From a virus (taxonomy: Duplodnaviria; Caudoviricetes): a stretch of 64,000 bases of DNA. Shown piece after piece: positions 1 to 8,594 of this stretch. Below the pieces are notes generated by a model. That model worked only from the letters and a program-made list of their open reading frames with translations, did not search any database and was not told where the DNA came from. Positions within the stretch are counted from its first letter, which is position 1; the number at the start of each line of letters is the position of its first letter. The stretch lies in IMG/VR virus record IMGVR_UViG_3300033061_001070, positions 3,622-67,621 of that record, one strand, 5' to 3'. The translations under genes were made by a program, and so were the position numbers.

Positions 1-62
1 GTCCAAGCTACTCATTGGATGCCTTTACCAGAACCGCCACAGGAATGACACGGTGTCAATAA

Positions 63-290
63 ATGACTAAACAACAGGCAACGACCAAACATGGTGGACA
101 ACGTAAGTACGGCAGAAATAAGGAAAAATGTACGGCATATAAGAATGCCCATACAAGAGAGAGAAATAAGGCAAAGAGAGTATTGCAGAGTAGTGGCACA
201 AAAGCCTGCGAAAAATATTGTAAACTTACTGGAGTAAAGTTACCAGCAAGATATTGGATGTTAGCGCAAAAGGAGCATAAGCATGGATAG
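63..290 (+). CDS. Hypothetical basic protein
   Basis: 75-aa ORF, Lys/Arg-rich, overlaps the next ORF start. Confidence 0.5.
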   Translation: MTKQQATTKHGGQRKYGRNKEKCTAYKNAHTRERNKAKRVLQSSGTKACEKYCKLTGVKLPARYWMLAQKEHKHG

Positions 291-444
291 AACCTATCCT
301 TATGAGCCAGATGCATATTGTGATGATTGTGGATGTTTAGGTGCATTTGATGTCATGGGTGATTATTACTGTTCGAAGTGCCTAGAACTTAATTTGCGTA
401 ATGATGATACAGATGATATGGATAATTGGAATGAAGAAGATTGA
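283..444 (+). CDS. Small Cys-rich (CxxC...CxxC) acidic protein
   Basis: Translated manually: MDRTYPYEPDAYCDDCGCLGAFDVMGDYYCSKCLELN...; SD AGGAG upstream; stop codon lies within palindrome site 442. Confidence 0.55.
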   Translation: MDRTYPYEPDAYCDDCGCLGAFDVMGDYYCSKCLELNLRNDDTDDMDNWNEED

Positions 445-456
445 CACGGTGTCTAA

Positions 457-654
457 GTGAAACTATTCAAGATAAGTAAATTTTACAGTCTCACGACCAA
501 GCGGCAGGAATGGCAAGTAATCTTTGAACAAACTATCCATGAGGATATAGGCGGGAACGGAGTAACCTATACAGACCTACGATGTTATTATTCCCCAAGG
601 TTACTATTTGCGCTCCTAAAGGGGATATGGAGTGAATTATGGAAATCCAAATGA
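457..654 (+). CDS. Hypothetical protein
   Basis: 65-aa ORF (GTG start) in a tightly packed + strand run. Confidence 0.45.
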   Translation: MKLFKISKFYSLTTKRQEWQVIFEQTIHEDIGGNGVTYTDLRCYYSPRLLFALLKGIWSELWKSK

Positions 655-833
655 CTAATATATGGATAGATTTTTCCAATTATGCGCCAGGGTTGCCACG
701 AGAGAAAGTAGTTGAATGGGCAATACTTCCTTCTGGACGTATTGTAGCAATGACTAATCAAGAATCATTCTGGTTTGAGGCAGATGGAACATCGCCAAAG
801 GGCAGTTATCTAGTTAATTGGTCTCCCAAATGA
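639..833 (+). CDS. Hypothetical protein
   Basis: 64-aa ORF overlapping its neighbours. Confidence 0.5.
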   Translation: MEIQMTNIWIDFSNYAPGLPREKVVEWAILPSGRIVAMTNQESFWFEADGTSPKGSYLVNWSPK

Positions 834-1123
834 CTAAATTGCATGAGAAATGGGCAATAGACTGACCAAATATGTACTTTGTACTACGATAATTAGCAAA
901 TAACCAATTAAAGGAGATAAGAATATATGGAAGAAAAGAATGCATAGAATTAGCGATGAACCATCATATAGATATGATGTTCCATTTTTTCTGCTTAAAG
1001 GGATATATGGTTGGATTGGATGCAATCGCCAAAGGATTAAAGTTATCTGGAAAGTTAGAGGGAGTGCATGGAGATTTAGCCCCGCAGATGTGGCGCAATT
1101 CTGAAGCAGATCGCAGATGAGTA

Positions 1124-1357
1124 ATGGAATATGTAACCCAGGATGCAATTACAACAATGGAAATCTACAAAGCGTCCTCCATAAATAAATCTGTAACTTG
1201 GACATCCTTAAAGGGTAGATTGCAATATGTACCAATAGGGGAATGGCTTCCGATAACGGAGTGTCTAAAAATGCCCCTTCCTGACCAATCATGGATGAAT
1301 AAGCCAACAAGTCGAGGAAGTTTTACGGAATGGATAGATGCAGGGGAGATAATATAG
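1124..1357 (+). CDS. Hypothetical protein
   Basis: 77-aa ORF, last before the non-coding gap. Confidence 0.4.
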   Translation: MEYVTQDAITTMEIYKASSINKSVTWTSLKGRLQYVPIGEWLPITECLKMPLPDQSWMNKPTSRGSFTEWIDAGEII

Positions 1358-1750
1358 ATTGCAACCAGATAACATAATCTAAATATAGCACTGTGTCATT
1401 AATAATTCAGCAAAAATTGAATAAAATATAGATGTAGTACGGCGCGTAGCGTTCTTCGGGCGCAGGCGTTCCCTACCGATTGTGCCATAATGCACAACCA
1501 AGTTTATCTTATTCATATTGTATATCTTAATAGTATATGTTATCGCATCATGCCATAATCATCCAGTATGATAGTACAAGCTAATCAAATGATGATCCAT
1601 AGTTCATGCTATGGATCTATCACGCATCTGGACAATATGCGCGCAATGAATAACATATTGATATATTTATATCTGTCTATATGATGCGCCATGCCGCGCG
1701 GCCCCCCCTATGCTTGCATATATGCATAGTCTAAAATTGGTGGTATGAAT
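1358..1750. other. Non-coding region with hairpins, palindromes and a GC island; candidate genome terminus/packaging site or origin
   Basis: No ORF; GATCCATAG/CTATGGATC hairpin 1594-1617; GC island GCGCCATGCCGCGCGGCCCCCCC 1686-1708; palindrome TGCATATATGCA 1715-1726. Confidence 0.4.
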
Positions 1751-1753
1751 CGC

Positions 1754-1782
1754 TTGACATTGGTATAGTTATCTGATATATT
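1754..1782 (+). promoter_or_regulatory. Sigma70-type early promoter
   Basis: TTGACA (1754-1759), 17 bp spacer, TATATT (1777-1782) with TGn extension. Confidence 0.75.
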
Positions 1783-1817
1783 ATATGAGCATCTAATCAA
1801 TCGAATGGGAGAACAAA

Positions 1818-2069
1818 ATGACTAAACAAGTTGAATTACCAAAATGGTTAAATGATACCCAACCATACTACGCTGATATATTCGGAAACTCAATGAGTGT
1901 ACGGGATATGTTGTATACTGCGCATGGCGCTAACCTAACCCTAGATGGTTGGATGCAGCAGCAGTATAAACAATTATCTGCTGATAATCCCGTTGAGTAT
2001 CCTATTGAAAATTATATGGGATATGACTGGTTAATTATCGCCCGCATAGCGTTAAAAGAAGTAGGATAA
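1818..2069 (+). CDS. Hypothetical early protein
   Basis: 83 aa, GGGAG SD, first gene after the promoter. Confidence 0.65.
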   Translation: MTKQVELPKWLNDTQPYYADIFGNSMSVRDMLYTAHGANLTLDGWMQQQYKQLSADNPVEYPIENYMGYDWLIIARIALKEVG

Positions 2070-2289
2070 ATAAAATGTTCAACAATCATAAATTCCATAG
2101 TAAGTATAACTTATGCCACCTAAGACCGGCGCACTATACCAGTAATGCACTATGCTGGACACTAGTAATATGGTGTATCATCAGTATTTTGGTATTAGTG
2201 ATTTTACACTGTGTAATTTAGGGCTATCTCGATACCCTAATATTATTATATTCACATATTCATATATACATATATAAGGATAAAAGAAA

Positions 2290-2775
2290 ATGAACGCCAA
2301 TATTCAAACAATTCACCTAGGCAATGATACATACCGCGACATCGGCATTAATATCCTAACAGGCGAAGCTTGCGCGCTGTCAATGCGTCTTTTGTGCGAA
2401 TTGACTAAAGATGCTATGGATCTATACCTTGAATATACTGGTATCCAAATCAATATTGACGCGGTATCAACCAGTCAATGGAATAACCATACAAAATATT
2501 CGGTTTTCCTAACATGGCCAATAATGCAAGACTTAACGATTATGCATTATGCCAAATTAGGATATTCCATTGCACTAATGAAAAGTAAATCGGAATATAA
2601 AGATGATTTTGTATCTTTAGGTTTTCTGCTAGTCTCTAAAGATAGCAAAGAACTGCGCGAGTATGTTAATTCCCATTCTGATTATCATGCATGTAAACGA
2701 TACTATGAAATTTACGAACAACAACCACATAGGGGATTAAGCAATATCCATGCATTCTCCGGTATCAGCCAATAA
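2290..2775 (+). CDS. Hypothetical early protein
   Basis: 161-aa ORF with AAGGA SD. Confidence 0.7.
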   Translation: MNANIQTIHLGNDTYRDIGINILTGEACALSMRLLCELTKDAMDLYLEYTGIQINIDAVSTSQWNNHTKYSVFLTWPIMQDLTIMHYAKLGYSIALMKSKSEYKDDFVSLGFLLVSKDSKELREYVNSHSDYHACKRYYEIYEQQPHRGLSNIHAFSGISQ

Positions 2776-2811
2776 CATAATTCATACCTAATATCGAAAG
2801 GAAATAATAAA

Positions 2812-3093
2812 ATGGCTGCTCATGTAATAACCGCATTAAAAGACATAAAAGATCATGGTAGTAGTTGGGATAATTTACAATGCGCGCTAAACTTCTCATG
2901 CTGGACTGAGTTATTAGAGATAGACGACTATGCAGAATTACAGCGTATTGTAAATTTGAAGTCACGGGAAGCTTTAAATACCTTTATTACTTTACTTCTC
3001 CCAAAGTATACGAACAAATGGTATTTATTGAATTGTCCAGGCACTATGGAAGCTTGGATTAATAATGAGTATGCGATGGTAGTAAATGCTTAA
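2812..3093 (+). CDS. Hypothetical early protein
   Basis: 93 aa, preceded by ATATCGAAAGGA leader. Confidence 0.65.
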   Translation: MAAHVITALKDIKDHGSSWDNLQCALNFSCWTELLEIDDYAELQRIVNLKSREALNTFITLLLPKYTNKWYLLNCPGTMEAWINNEYAMVVNA

Positions 3094-3126
3094 TCAGATC
3101 CATATAAACGAAAGGAAAGGTATAAA

Positions 3127-3324
3127 ATGATGGGAGCAAGGTATCCAACAAAAAAGGCACTAAAGGCAAGCATAGGCCAACCATTGCATTATGTAGAAAC
3201 ATCCTTGTTTGGTGAAGAATATAAACCAGATGGGAAATTTTGCGTAGTTGGCCCGAGTCCGTATGTACGCAAGTGGTACGCTGAAGTGACCATGAGGGAT
3301 GGTAAAATTTTCAAGGTATCCTAA
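3127..3324 (+). CDS. Hypothetical early protein
   Basis: 65 aa, preceded by CGAAAGGAAAGG leader. Confidence 0.65.
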   Translation: MMGARYPTKKALKASIGQPLHYVETSLFGEEYKPDGKFCVVGPSPYVRKWYAEVTMRDGKIFKVS

Positions 3325-3355
3325 TAAACATGATTTATAACTAAACAAAATGATA

Positions 3356-3394
3356 ACAAGCTGCAAGCTGAATTAATCCTTGCAGCTTGTTTTA
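3356..3394 (+). terminator. Rho-independent terminator
   Basis: ACAAGCTGCAAG/CTTGCAGCTTGT 12-bp stem followed by a T tract. Confidence 0.7.
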
Positions 3395-3708
3395 TGTTAG
3401 GATATCATTCATGCTATCATACACCATTATAATGAAACAACACCACGCTCAAAATTACATTATATTGCATACTTTGGCGCCTTCCAGCAAGATCCGCTGG
3501 ATTATGGATATATTCTATCTATATTATCAAGTTATAACTGGACATATTCTATCTGAATTGCCGAAATATACTAGACCGTCCACGCCTGGAATATATCTAC
3601 CCACCTATGTTTATATAGACTGCAATGGTGCAATGGATTTAATTAAACTGCAACCATAATTTTATATAGACTGCAATCAGGCAATTTTATTTTCTAATCT
3701 AAAATCTA

Positions 3709-3736
3709 TTGACACGGTGTTATATTCTGGTAAAAT
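3709..3736 (+). promoter_or_regulatory. Sigma70-type promoter overlapped by the 13-bp palindrome
   Basis: TTGACA 3709-3714, 16 bp, TG-G-TAAAAT (-10 at 3731-3736); palindrome TGACACGGTGTTA 3710-3722 covers the -35. Confidence 0.75.
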
Positions 3737-3763
3737 CTAATCATATATTGAAAGGAGTCTAAA

Positions 3764-3943
3764 ATGACTGAAAAATTAGGATATTATAAAACGCGTTGCG
3801 GGTGGGGAAAATGGCATACTGTCCATGCTTTTTTATGTCCGCATTGCAATAAACTTCTTAAATCTGTAATAAATTGGCATGGTGAAACGCCACGCGGCGG
3901 GTTTCTATGTCCATATTGCAATAAGGTTGTACCTATTCAGTAA
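3764..3943 (+). CDS. Small zinc-ribbon protein (CPHC...CPYC)
   Basis: Translated manually, 59 aa; AAAGGAG SD. Confidence 0.65.
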   Translation: MTEKLGYYKTRCGWGKWHTVHAFLCPHCNKLLKSVINWHGETPRGGFLCPYCNKVVPIQ

Positions 3944-3973
3944 TAAAATCAATATATCGGAAAGGAGTCTTAT

Positions 3974-4381
3974 ATGTTTACCGCTACACAATTTTCAACT
4001 ATAGAGGATAAAGAAAAGTTTGCTAATCATTTTAAGAAGTTTGTTTTATCGGACTTTGAAAGAAGCAAATTTCCAAAATGGTTTTACAACCGTCTTAGCA
4101 TAACATTTGGAATGATCGCGCATTATAATCAGGAGGGATTCTACGATACTTTTTTTGATTGCAATGGTAGAAAGGTTCACTTCTTAAAACGTATTTTGGA
4201 TTATCCTTGTTATGGTGATTCTGATTATACTTTTTCGGATGTAGAAAAGTATCTTCAGGAATGGGTAAGGGATAATGAAATACTTAATAAGTATATTGAA
4301 GTGGTAAAACAGGAAATTAATCTTTCAGAACATGCTGAATATGAAAGATTAAGATTGAAATTTGAGGGAAATAATCAATAA
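3974..4381 (+). CDS. Hypothetical early phage protein
   Basis: 135 aa, strong SD GAAAGGAG. Confidence 0.75.
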   Translation: MFTATQFSTIEDKEKFANHFKKFVLSDFERSKFPKWFYNRLSITFGMIAHYNQEGFYDTFFDCNGRKVHFLKRILDYPCYGDSDYTFSDVEKYLQEWVRDNEILNKYIEVVKQEINLSEHAEYERLRLKFEGNNQ

Positions 4382-4416
4382 AATCAATTCATATATAAAC
4401 GAAAGGATGGCATAAA

Positions 4417-4596
4417 ATGAAAATTCTTAAATCGCCTGAATATATTTATAATTGTCCCGAATGTGCAAAAAAAGTAATTATTGAATGGGGATATGAAGAA
4501 CCCGAAATTGGTGAGGAATATATCGAATCTTGTCCTCATTGCAATGGTAAGATTAAAGTTGCTATACCATCAGAACTTACTATAACAGGAGTTTAA
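4417..4596 (+). CDS. Small zinc-ribbon protein (CPEC...CPHC)
   Basis: Translated manually, 59 aa; CGAAAGGA leader. Confidence 0.65.
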   Translation: MKILKSPEYIYNCPECAKKVIIEWGYEEPEIGEEYIESCPHCNGKIKVAIPSELTITGV

Positions 4597-4617
4597 TATC
4601 GAAAGGAAAGGTACAAA

Positions 4618-5022
4618 ATGACTAAAAAACAGGAAAAGGAATTAAGACAACAAGAATGTATTGAAGCATTGCAGAAGTATCTTAAGCCAGGAGATACTGT
4701 ATATACTAAACTTAACCATGTTTCACGCTCAGGAATGTACCGCGTAATTGATTTATACACGATAAAAGATAATCAGTTAATTCGATTATCTGGTTACGCG
4801 GCTGATTTGTTAGAGGGATATGATAAACGGCATGAGGGCTGCAAAGCAACTGGTTGTGGTATGGATATGGGCTTTCACCTTGTATATAATTTATCATCTG
4901 TTTTATTCCTTGAATATAAACATTTGATTAATCATTGTCCCTCCAATTTTCATAGTAACTATTGGGATAAAGAAGAAGCAATCCATAATGATGGATACGC
5001 GCTAAAACAGGAGTGGATATAA
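4618..5022 (+). CDS. Hypothetical early phage protein
   Basis: 134 aa; CGAAAGGAAAGG leader; LKPGDTVYT..HVSRSGM..GCGMDMGFHLVY motif pattern. Confidence 0.75.
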   Translation: MTKKQEKELRQQECIEALQKYLKPGDTVYTKLNHVSRSGMYRVIDLYTIKDNQLIRLSGYAADLLEGYDKRHEGCKATGCGMDMGFHLVYNLSSVLFLEYKHLINHCPSNFHSNYWDKEEAIHNDGYALKQEWI

Positions 5023-5024
5023 TC

Positions 5025-5089
5025 TTATACTCTAATAATAGCAGATCATAACTGGATAATCCTTATGGTCTGCTTATATTAGAGTATAA
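5025..5089. terminator. Long intergenic hairpin (terminator or processing site)
   Basis: TTATACTCTAATA/TATTAGAGTATAA outer stem plus GCAGATCATAA/TTATGGTCTGC inner stem. Confidence 0.6.
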
Positions 5090-5108
5090 ATATAGAAAAG
5101 AGGACATA

Positions 5109-5453
5109 ATGGCTAAATTTGTTAATTCTGTTATATTAATAGATGATGAAAATTGCCAAAGTCAATTGGATTATGATATAAGTGTCCTATCTGCTGCCAT
5201 TGTTTATATGGCAGATTATTATAAACGGATTTTCAATGGTTTAGATGAAGTGATTAAGGCAATTAATAAATTGCAATCAGAAAAGGATAAAATTATTATG
5301 AAATATAAATATAAAAGAGTAAAGATAGATAGTAGACAGGCTAAGATATTGCAATCGCGGGGATATAAAGTTATTCATTCTGAACCATTTCAGGGATATG
5401 TAACATTTGAAATCCCTATGGAAAAGAAAATATCGAAAATTGCAATCATATAA
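5109..5453 (+). CDS. Hypothetical protein
   Basis: 114 aa, AGAGGA SD. Confidence 0.6.
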   Translation: MAKFVNSVILIDDENCQSQLDYDISVLSAAIVYMADYYKRIFNGLDEVIKAINKLQSEKDKIIMKYKYKRVKIDSRQAKILQSRGYKVIHSEPFQGYVTFEIPMEKKISKIAII

Positions 5454-5684
5454 ACTGCAACCAAAGGAAAAATAATACGATGTCAAAAGATATAGATCAA
5501 TTATATGAAGAACTAAAATCCGAAGAGGATAATATCAAGCCAATAGAAAGCGGTTTCACTCTGGCACGAGTGGTTGCCCATGCCTTAATTGCAATCGCGG
5601 ATAGATTAGATAAGATTGCAACCACCTTAGATGCAATCGAACTAGAAGGATATAGAAATTGCAACCATAATTAAAACTGCAATC
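5272..5684 (+). repeat. Cluster of nine same-strand TGCAA(C/T)C heptamers
   Basis: Copies at 5272, 5350, 5441, 5456, 5590, 5617, 5632, 5660 and 5678. Confidence 0.8.
5480..5674 (+). CDS. Hypothetical coiled-coil protein
   Basis: 64-aa ORF. Confidence 0.5.
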   Translation: MSKDIDQLYEELKSEEDNIKPIESGFTLARVVAHALIAIADRLDKIATTLDAIELEGYRNCNHN

Positions 5685-5739
5685 ACGATTTCTAATCTAA
5701 TCTTAATCTAGTTTGCAAATATTTATGATAAGATAAATT

Positions 5740-5913
5740 TGGTAGGCGGTGTGGACATGAACACACAGAGACTTGAAGGTGCGCGCGATAAAAGAATCAG
5801 AACCTGGCTAATGGATGAACATTATCAACTTATCCAGGATGGTCTCGCAAGCGATTAGGGCAACTTTGTACAAAGACCTTTAGGCAATCGGGTGCAAACT
5901 CCCGACCTACCAA
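5740..5913 (+). ncRNA. Candidate tRNA-like (mini-tmRNA-like) RNA enclosing a 33-codon ORF
   Basis: Acceptor-like stem TGGTAGG (5740-46)/CCTACCA (5906-12) contiguous with T-arm TCGGG-TGCAAACT-CCCGA (5888-5905); upstream extended -10 TG-A-TAAGAT (5726-34); internal ORF 5757-5858. Confidence 0.55.
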
Positions 5914-5945
5914 CTAGAGATAAAATTTGAAAAGGAGAGATAAAA

Positions 5946-6320
5946 ATGACGACCAGAAATTTCAGGATTGATGATTACGGAGATGTAGATTTGTTGAGAG
6001 ACCCTAAAGATACGGAGGATGCTATCCTTCTTGCCATAAAGAAATAGCAATTTGGGGTGAGGCACATGGCTAAGATTTGTAATATGGGGGGCATGTATAG
6101 TTGTGCTTTGTGCCTCATGAATAAGGAGTATGGCTGTTATCATTGCCCAATTTATCAATACACAGGGGAGATAAATTGTCGTGGCACACCAAATCATGAA
6201 TTTGAGCAGACTGACTACGATGACCCAATCGCAAAACGTAAACGTATTGCTCAGGAAGAAGTAAAATTCCTAAAAGAAGTATATAAACATTGGAAGGAGA
6301 ATCAAGATGTTGAAAGTTGA
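5946..6320 (+). pseudogene. Cys-rich hypothetical protein interrupted by an in-frame TAG (6045-6047)
   Basis: ATG 5946 with strong SD is in frame with ORF 6057-6320; reads ..AILLAIKK*QFGVRH..CALC..CYHCPI..TGEINCRGTP. Confidence 0.5.
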
Positions 6321-6600
6321 AATTGATGGGAAACCCTGTAAGATTAGTTTTGAGCATTTTCCGTATCGGGAATTTTGGCTAGATTGCAAACCTATTCCTG
6401 CCAAAACCTTTTGCATTATTGAGGATGAAAATAGTGAATTGGTCAGCGAAGGACATGCAACTTGTTCCTTCAAAGATAATTTCAATCGGAATACAGGAAG
6501 GAAAATAGCTCTAATGCGAGCTTTGCAAAATTGCTTGCCAAAAGAAAAGCGTAAGCCTGTGTGGGATGCCTATTTTGCACTCCGACATGGGAAATATTAG
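6307..6600 (+). CDS. Hypothetical phage protein, possibly N4 gp49/Sf6 gp66-like
   Basis: GHATCSFKDNFNRNTGRKIALMRA motif. Confidence 0.5.
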   Translation: MLKVEIDGKPCKISFEHFPYREFWLDCKPIPAKTFCIIEDENSELVSEGHATCSFKDNFNRNTGRKIALMRALQNCLPKEKRKPVWDAYFALRHGKY

Positions 6601-6614
6601 ATAAAGGAGAGAAT

Positions 6615-6803
6615 ATGATAAATATCTTTGTTAGTTGGGGTAAGGAAACAATCGAATATGATAAAAGCCTCAAACGTAATGATGGCATATATCCTGACAC
6701 CGTGTTATGGGGTATATCAATTAATGGATTGCTTAATCCTACTCTAAAATCATTCCTAGATGAAATTGCAAATGCTATTAATCAATTAGAAAAGGAGAAA
6801 TAA
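6615..6803 (+). CDS. Hypothetical protein
   Basis: ATG 6615 after AAGGAG SD; contains palindrome site 6695. Confidence 0.55.
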   Translation: MINIFVSWGKETIEYDKSLKRNDGIYPDTVLWGISINGLLNPTLKSFLDEIANAINQLEKEK

Positions 6804-6805
6804 GA

Positions 6806-7081
6806 ATGATAGAAAAGAAATATAGAAAAGTGCAACCACGCGGAAAATTATATACTCAGGGACAAGAATATTACCTGCTTAAATCTATTTCTTTTATTAG
6901 GGAGGAGTGGGAAAGAGGAGATACATATAGGTTTTTGGTTGTACCTCATTGTCCTATTGCTGTTGAGGGAGGATGTAGATATTATTCTTTTGCTAGGCAT
7001 ATTGTAACAACCTCTTTCACAATAGATTATATGCCCACAATTGCCCCTATTCTAATTTGGGATATAGATGAGGAAGGTTAA
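6806..7081 (+). CDS. Hypothetical protein
   Basis: 91 aa, AGGAG SD. Confidence 0.55.
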   Translation: MIEKKYRKVQPRGKLYTQGQEYYLLKSISFIREEWERGDTYRFLVVPHCPIAVEGGCRYYSFARHIVTTSFTIDYMPTIAPILIWDIDEEG

Positions 7082-7511
7082 GATGGATAACAAACCGACA
7101 ATTAAACTATTATTTCAATGGGAGGATGTAGAATTGGGGGCTGAACCATATAAACCCTCAAAATCATTTTTTGTACCTTATGTGGAGAATGCGACTGTGC
7201 AGATAGAAATCCCTCTTACGTCAGGGAATATCGCCAATTGTCAGGGTATTCTAGCAATGCAATTGTCTGGTGGGACTGTGCCTGATACAATCCTAACCGA
7301 GAAGGGATGGGCGGCGGCATGTAAGAAATTGCAATCTGCAATAAATGGCGCACCTGAGGCAGCGGTTGAGGATTTCAAGGTTGATGAGGAAGAATGGAAA
7401 GATAATCCTATTCCCGCCGCTGAAAAAGAGGATTGGGAGAAAATAGATGAAACCCCCGAAGTAATTCCTGATGAGAAATGGGATAATGATGACAGAATAT
7501 TTAATGAATAA
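7068..7511 (+). CDS. Hypothetical protein with acidic C-terminus
   Basis: 147 aa, D/E-rich tail. Confidence 0.65.
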   Translation: MRKVKMDNKPTIKLLFQWEDVELGAEPYKPSKSFFVPYVENATVQIEIPLTSGNIANCQGILAMQLSGGTVPDTILTEKGWAAACKKLQSAINGAPEAAVEDFKVDEEEWKDNPIPAAEKEDWEKIDETPEVIPDEKWDNDDRIFNE

Positions 7512-7524
7512 AGGAGAAAATAAA

Positions 7525-7758
7525 ATGCTTAAAATACTTATTAGAGATGAAAAATTGAAGGAAGATACAACTCATTATGAGATGAAATTATATCTTCAGA
7601 AATTTGAAGATCTAGTTAAATTGCGGGGAATAGATGAGCAAGGAAATGATTGGATTATATTGCATATTACGGAGGGAGGAATATGCCGAATATCTTCTTT
7701 GCCTGAATATTATCCTACGGATGAGCAAGGAAGAATAATGATTGTGGAGGATAATTAA
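7525..7758 (+). CDS. Hypothetical protein
   Basis: ATG 7525 after AAGGAG SD. Confidence 0.6.
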   Translation: MLKILIRDEKLKEDTTHYEMKLYLQKFEDLVKLRGIDEQGNDWIILHITEGGICRISSLPEYYPTDEQGRIMIVEDN

Positions 7759-7759
7759 A

Positions 7760-8515
7760 ATGGGATACAAACCACCTAAAGTAACATCAGATCGTCCTCG
7801 TGGACTGGCTACAATCCAATCTAACGAGAAGAAAACCAAATTCCGTGTGGATTTTGGAGATATTGAACCTGTTGTACTATTGGCAGATGATTGCCCTTCT
7901 TGCATTATGGCGGGAAATTATTATGTCACTTTGTCATCTGATAAGACAAAGATGCTTAATATGCATCCTGCTGATGGGCAATATATTGGAAAAGTAAAAT
8001 CCTTGATAGCCAAGAAAAATCAACCTCCTGCTCCTATGATATATAAAGGAGAGAATTGGTCATATCCTTACTTTCTGGCATTGATAGAATTGACAAGAGG
8101 CAAAGAGGCAGGTATGCAGGCTACATACTTCCTTCATTATCAATTCGTAGAAGCAATAGATGAGGATGGCAGTAAAGTAGCGGGGATTGGACATCTCAAA
8201 AGCAAATATACTCCAACCCTAGAGGAATTTTGTGATGTAACTGGAGTATGGAAATTCGGCCCAATTCCATATCAAGATAATATCCTTCCTAAATTGGAAA
8301 AGCGCATCTTACGGAATGATAATGAATTTAATGTCTTATTTAAGGAAGGCTGGATTGATAAAATCTGGTCACTTCAAGAGGCAAAAGTTGAGAATTTACC
8401 AGAGGAAGATTTTGGTGAACCAACAGCAGAACCAGATCCTGATCCTGATGATTTGCCTTGGGAAGATGTGGAAGTTCGTACAGCCCTGATTAAGGAAGAT
8501 AATCTACCTTTTTAG
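7760..8515 (+). CDS. Putative single-stranded DNA-binding protein
   Basis: Acidic tail ending EDNLPF (resembles the SSB C-terminal DDIPF motif); precedes the replication genes. Confidence 0.5.
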   Translation: MGYKPPKVTSDRPRGLATIQSNEKKTKFRVDFGDIEPVVLLADDCPSCIMAGNYYVTLSSDKTKMLNMHPADGQYIGKVKSLIAKKNQPPAPMIYKGENWSYPYFLALIELTRGKEAGMQATYFLHYQFVEAIDEDGSKVAGIGHLKSKYTPTLEEFCDVTGVWKFGPIPYQDNILPKLEKRILRNDNEFNVLFKEGWIDKIWSLQEAKVENLPEEDFGEPTAEPDPDPDDLPWEDVEVRTALIKEDNLPF

Positions 8516-8529
8516 TGGGGAGTGAGTGA

Positions 8530-8588
8530 CCTCCTTTCGATAGGGGCAGGATACTGACCTGTCCTGCCCCATTAGGCTAAACTAGGAG
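8530..8588 (+). promoter_or_regulatory. Anti-SD plus GC hairpin plus SD element
   Basis: CCTCCTTT 8530-37, GGGGCAGGA/TCCTGCCCC stem 8543-8570, AGGAG 8584-88. Confidence 0.45.
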
Positions 8589-8594
8589 TTTACA

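Noticed and set aside
3387-3659. 90-aa + strand ORF
   Set aside because: TTG start inside a terminator, no SD, and it runs over the regulatory repeat cluster; probably spurious
5740-5913. Canonical tRNA or amber suppressor
   Set aside because: The interior is ~140 nt and there is no proper anticodon stem with U33; the CTA near 5807 is not in a canonical 7-nt loop
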